A stretch of 64,000 bases of DNA. It comes from Felis catus. Taxonomy: Eukaryota. The notes below the pieces were generated by a model, which saw only the letters and a program-made list of their open reading frames with translations, was not told the origin of the DNA and searched no databases. Of the stretch, positions 61,920-64,000 are shown one piece after another; the first letter of the stretch is position 1, and the number at the start of each line of letters is the position of its first letter. Location: positions 115,260,001 through 115,324,000 of the forward strand of contig NC_058368.1 in NCBI RefSeq assembly GCF_018350175.1, in the 5' to 3' direction. The position numbers were made by a program, and so were the translations under genes.

Positions 61920-62630
61920 ACCCCACCCCCTCAACCTCTTTAACCTCATCCCTTACTTACCCCACCCTCTCCCCAGCTCAGCCTCACCCAAGGCTCACTC
62001 CTGCTTCACTCAAGCCCTTTGAATTTGCTTTTCTGTCTGCTGGAGCCCCCTCCCAGCTACCCCTAAATCTCTGCACGATTGCTCCCTTATCTTGTTGAGG
62101 TCTTGTATTCACATGTAGCCTTTTATTTTTTTTTTCTTTTAATAAATGTTTATCTATTTGTTTTGAAAAAGAGAGAGAGTGTGGGGGTGGGGGGCAAAGA
62201 GGGAGACAGAGATTCCCAAGCAGGCTCCACACTGTCAGCACAGAACCCCATGCGGGTTTCGATCCCACGAATCTTGAGATCGGGACCTGAGCCAAATCAA
62301 GAGACAGACACTTAACCGATTGAGCCACCCAAGTCCCCCACATATAGCCTTTTCAAAGTAGCTTTCCTTGACCCTCTGCACACCTGAACTACAGCTCCCA
62401 TGTGTGCCTATTCTTTTCCCTTATTTTTATCCTTTGCCCTTATGATTATATAACATATATAATAAAATATATTTGACATATTTATCTTCTCATTTCTATC
62501 TCTCCCCTTGAATATATGCTCCATGAAGGCAATAATTTGTGTTTTTGTCTATTTTGGTCACTGCTCTAGCCCCAACACTTGGACTAGTGATTAGTGATAC
62601 ACATAACAGATGTGTACATATTCAGCTGAA
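61920..62630 (+). mobile_element. L2 fragment split by a SINE
   Basis: GAATATATGCTCCATGAAGGCAATAATTTGTG...GTCACTGCTCTAGCCCCAACACTTGGAC. Confidence 0.6.
62125..62339 (-). mobile_element. CAN-SINE
   Basis: Reverse element; near-TSD ACAT(G/A)TAGCCTTTT. Confidence 0.9.
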
Positions 62631-62729
62631 TAGGGACAAAATGTTACAATTCATCAATTGTAGTATGTATATCCTCTAGATGCCTCAAATCACATGTCAT
62701 GTTATGATGTCACATATATATTATCTTAA

Positions 62730-62930
62730 ATGCAGTGTAAGGCAGTGCAGAGAGAATAGAGCCACATATAAGGAGACCTAGCTTTGTTGCTTGCTGGCTA
62801 GCTACATTACTATGAGCAAGGCATGTAACCTCTCTGAGGTCAGTTTTACTCATTTGTAAAGTGAAGTTATTATAACCTCCCTGTCCTACCTATAATGTAG
62901 ATATAGAAATCAAATAATGAATGTTACAGT
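62730..62930 (+). mobile_element. MIR
   Basis: GCAAGGCATGTAACCTCTCTGAGGTCAGTTTTACTCATTTGTAAAGTG. Confidence 0.7.
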
Positions 62931-63066
62931 ATTTTTTAAAAATCTAACACATAATATAGTTTCTGAAATGTTTTCTAAAGGCTATGTCACGTGTCTCAGG
63001 ATATGCTCTTGGGGATGGGGGGAGATAAAAAGGTCAAAGAGGTTTGGGAAATTTGTTTCCAATATT

Positions 63067-63275
63067 CTTTTTTTTTAATGTTTATTTATTTTTGAAAGGG
63101 GGGAGCACAAGCAGGGGAGGGGCAGAGAGAGAAAGAGAGAGAGAGAATCTGAAGCAGGCTTCAGGCTCTGAGCTGTCAGCACAGAGCCTGATGCAAGGCC
63201 CAAACTCACCAACCCGTGAGATCATGACCTGAGCTGAAGTCAAACGCCTCACCAACTGAGCCACCCAAGCGCCCC
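63067..63275 (-). mobile_element. CAN-SINE
   Basis: Reverse element ending CACCCAAGCGCCCC. Confidence 0.92.
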
Positions 63276-63519
63276 ATTGGGTTCCAATACTCTAATGACT
63301 CTTCTTGGACATTCACAACTATTAGCATATGAAAGGGTCTGAAAATCCTGCATGTAAGGTCTTTCCCAATGCACCTGGCTATAGTTGGTCTTGATCTCTG
63401 TAATACATAATACACCATCTTTGTCATCAGGATAACATTGCTCCTTTAGAGCAAGAAGGAATTCTAAAGTTCCTAAAACAAATCCCAGTGAGGTGGGCAA
63501 TGAGATCCAACAGGTGAAA

Positions 63520-63645
63520 TGGAGACTGGGAGGAGGGAGGAGAAGGAGAAGAAAAAGGAAAAGGAGGGAAGAGAGAGAGGGGAGGGAAATCAAGAACAAG
63601 GAAAGGGGAAGGAAGAGGAAAAAAAATAGTGAAGGAAAAAAAGGA
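63520..63645. repeat. Polypurine low-complexity tract
   Basis: GA-rich run; source of the spurious R/K/E-rich ORF. Confidence 0.85.
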
Positions 63646-63799
63646 CAACTAAACTCATCCCCTTTGAAACGAAAAGAGTTCTGCAGAACAAAGACAACCT
63701 GAAATTTCCCAGGAGTGGATGGCAGGAAGGGATCGGAGGGAGCCATCTACGAATTCTGATGCTGCCCACGAAACCCAGTTTATTCCTTTGAGTGTTGCG

Positions 63800-64000
63800 T
63801 CTGCCAATTTCCACAGGTGGAGCTCGGGCTTCCTTTTTGGCTCCAAGGAACCTCTGGAGCAATTTCTTCTTTATCAGAGAGGAGGAACCAGGTATACCAA
63901 TTGCTTCTGCCAATTTCCACAGGTGGAGCTCGGGCTTCCTTTTTGGCTCCAAGGAACCTCTGAAGCGATTTCTTCTTTATCAGAGAGGAGGAACCAGGTA
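63800..64000. repeat. 106-bp tandem duplication (second copy truncated by the window end)
   Basis: TCTGCCAATTTCCACAGGTGGAGC...GGAACCAGGTA starts at 63800 and again at 63906, with 2 mismatches over 95 aligned nt. Confidence 0.95.

Noticed and set aside
7367..63264. Recurring short ORFs (MAQSVKRPTSAQVMIS..., ...RETQNPKQAPGSELSAQS) as a peptide family
   Set aside because: All are translations of CAN-SINE bodies.
63800..64000. CRISPR-like repeat-spacer array
   Set aside because: Mammalian DNA, only two long units, no variable spacers and no cas genes.
18000..64000. A divergent protein-coding gene sharing the promoter
   Set aside because: No convincing plus-strand first exon, coding exons or second CpG island found by eye. 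Short or non-coding exons cannot be excluded.

Overview
Mammalian genomic DNA, almost certainly from a felid: it carries about 44 carnivore CAN-SINEs, including young SINEC_Fc-type copies, and a young feline-type LINE-1. I see no intact protein-coding exon. The one gene signal is a small CpG-island promoter and non-coding first exon on the minus strand (~17.45-18.0 kb). From memory its sequence matches the 5' UTR exon of SIL1, which encodes the ER BiP nucleotide-exchange factor. Bases 1-17656 would then be SIL1 intron 1, and 18-64 kb upstream intergenic DNA rich in SINE, L1, L2, MIR, MLT/MaLR and hAT fossils. Most notable observations: (1) a U6 snRNA/LINE-1 chimeric retrocopy inside a five-layer nested insertion stack (53.6-56.6 kb); (2) two cases of a new insertion landing in an older element's target-site duplication (TSD); (3) an ETS-CRE plus ERSE-like promoter architecture; (4) a helically phased octamer (POU) site cluster; (5) several repeat-free, homeodomain-motif-rich candidate enhancers; (6) a 106-bp tandem duplication with exon-like splice signals, cut off by the window edge. 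There is no evidence for a CRISPR-like or other wholly new system. Repeat family names come from recognition by eye, and boundaries of old repeats are approximate.
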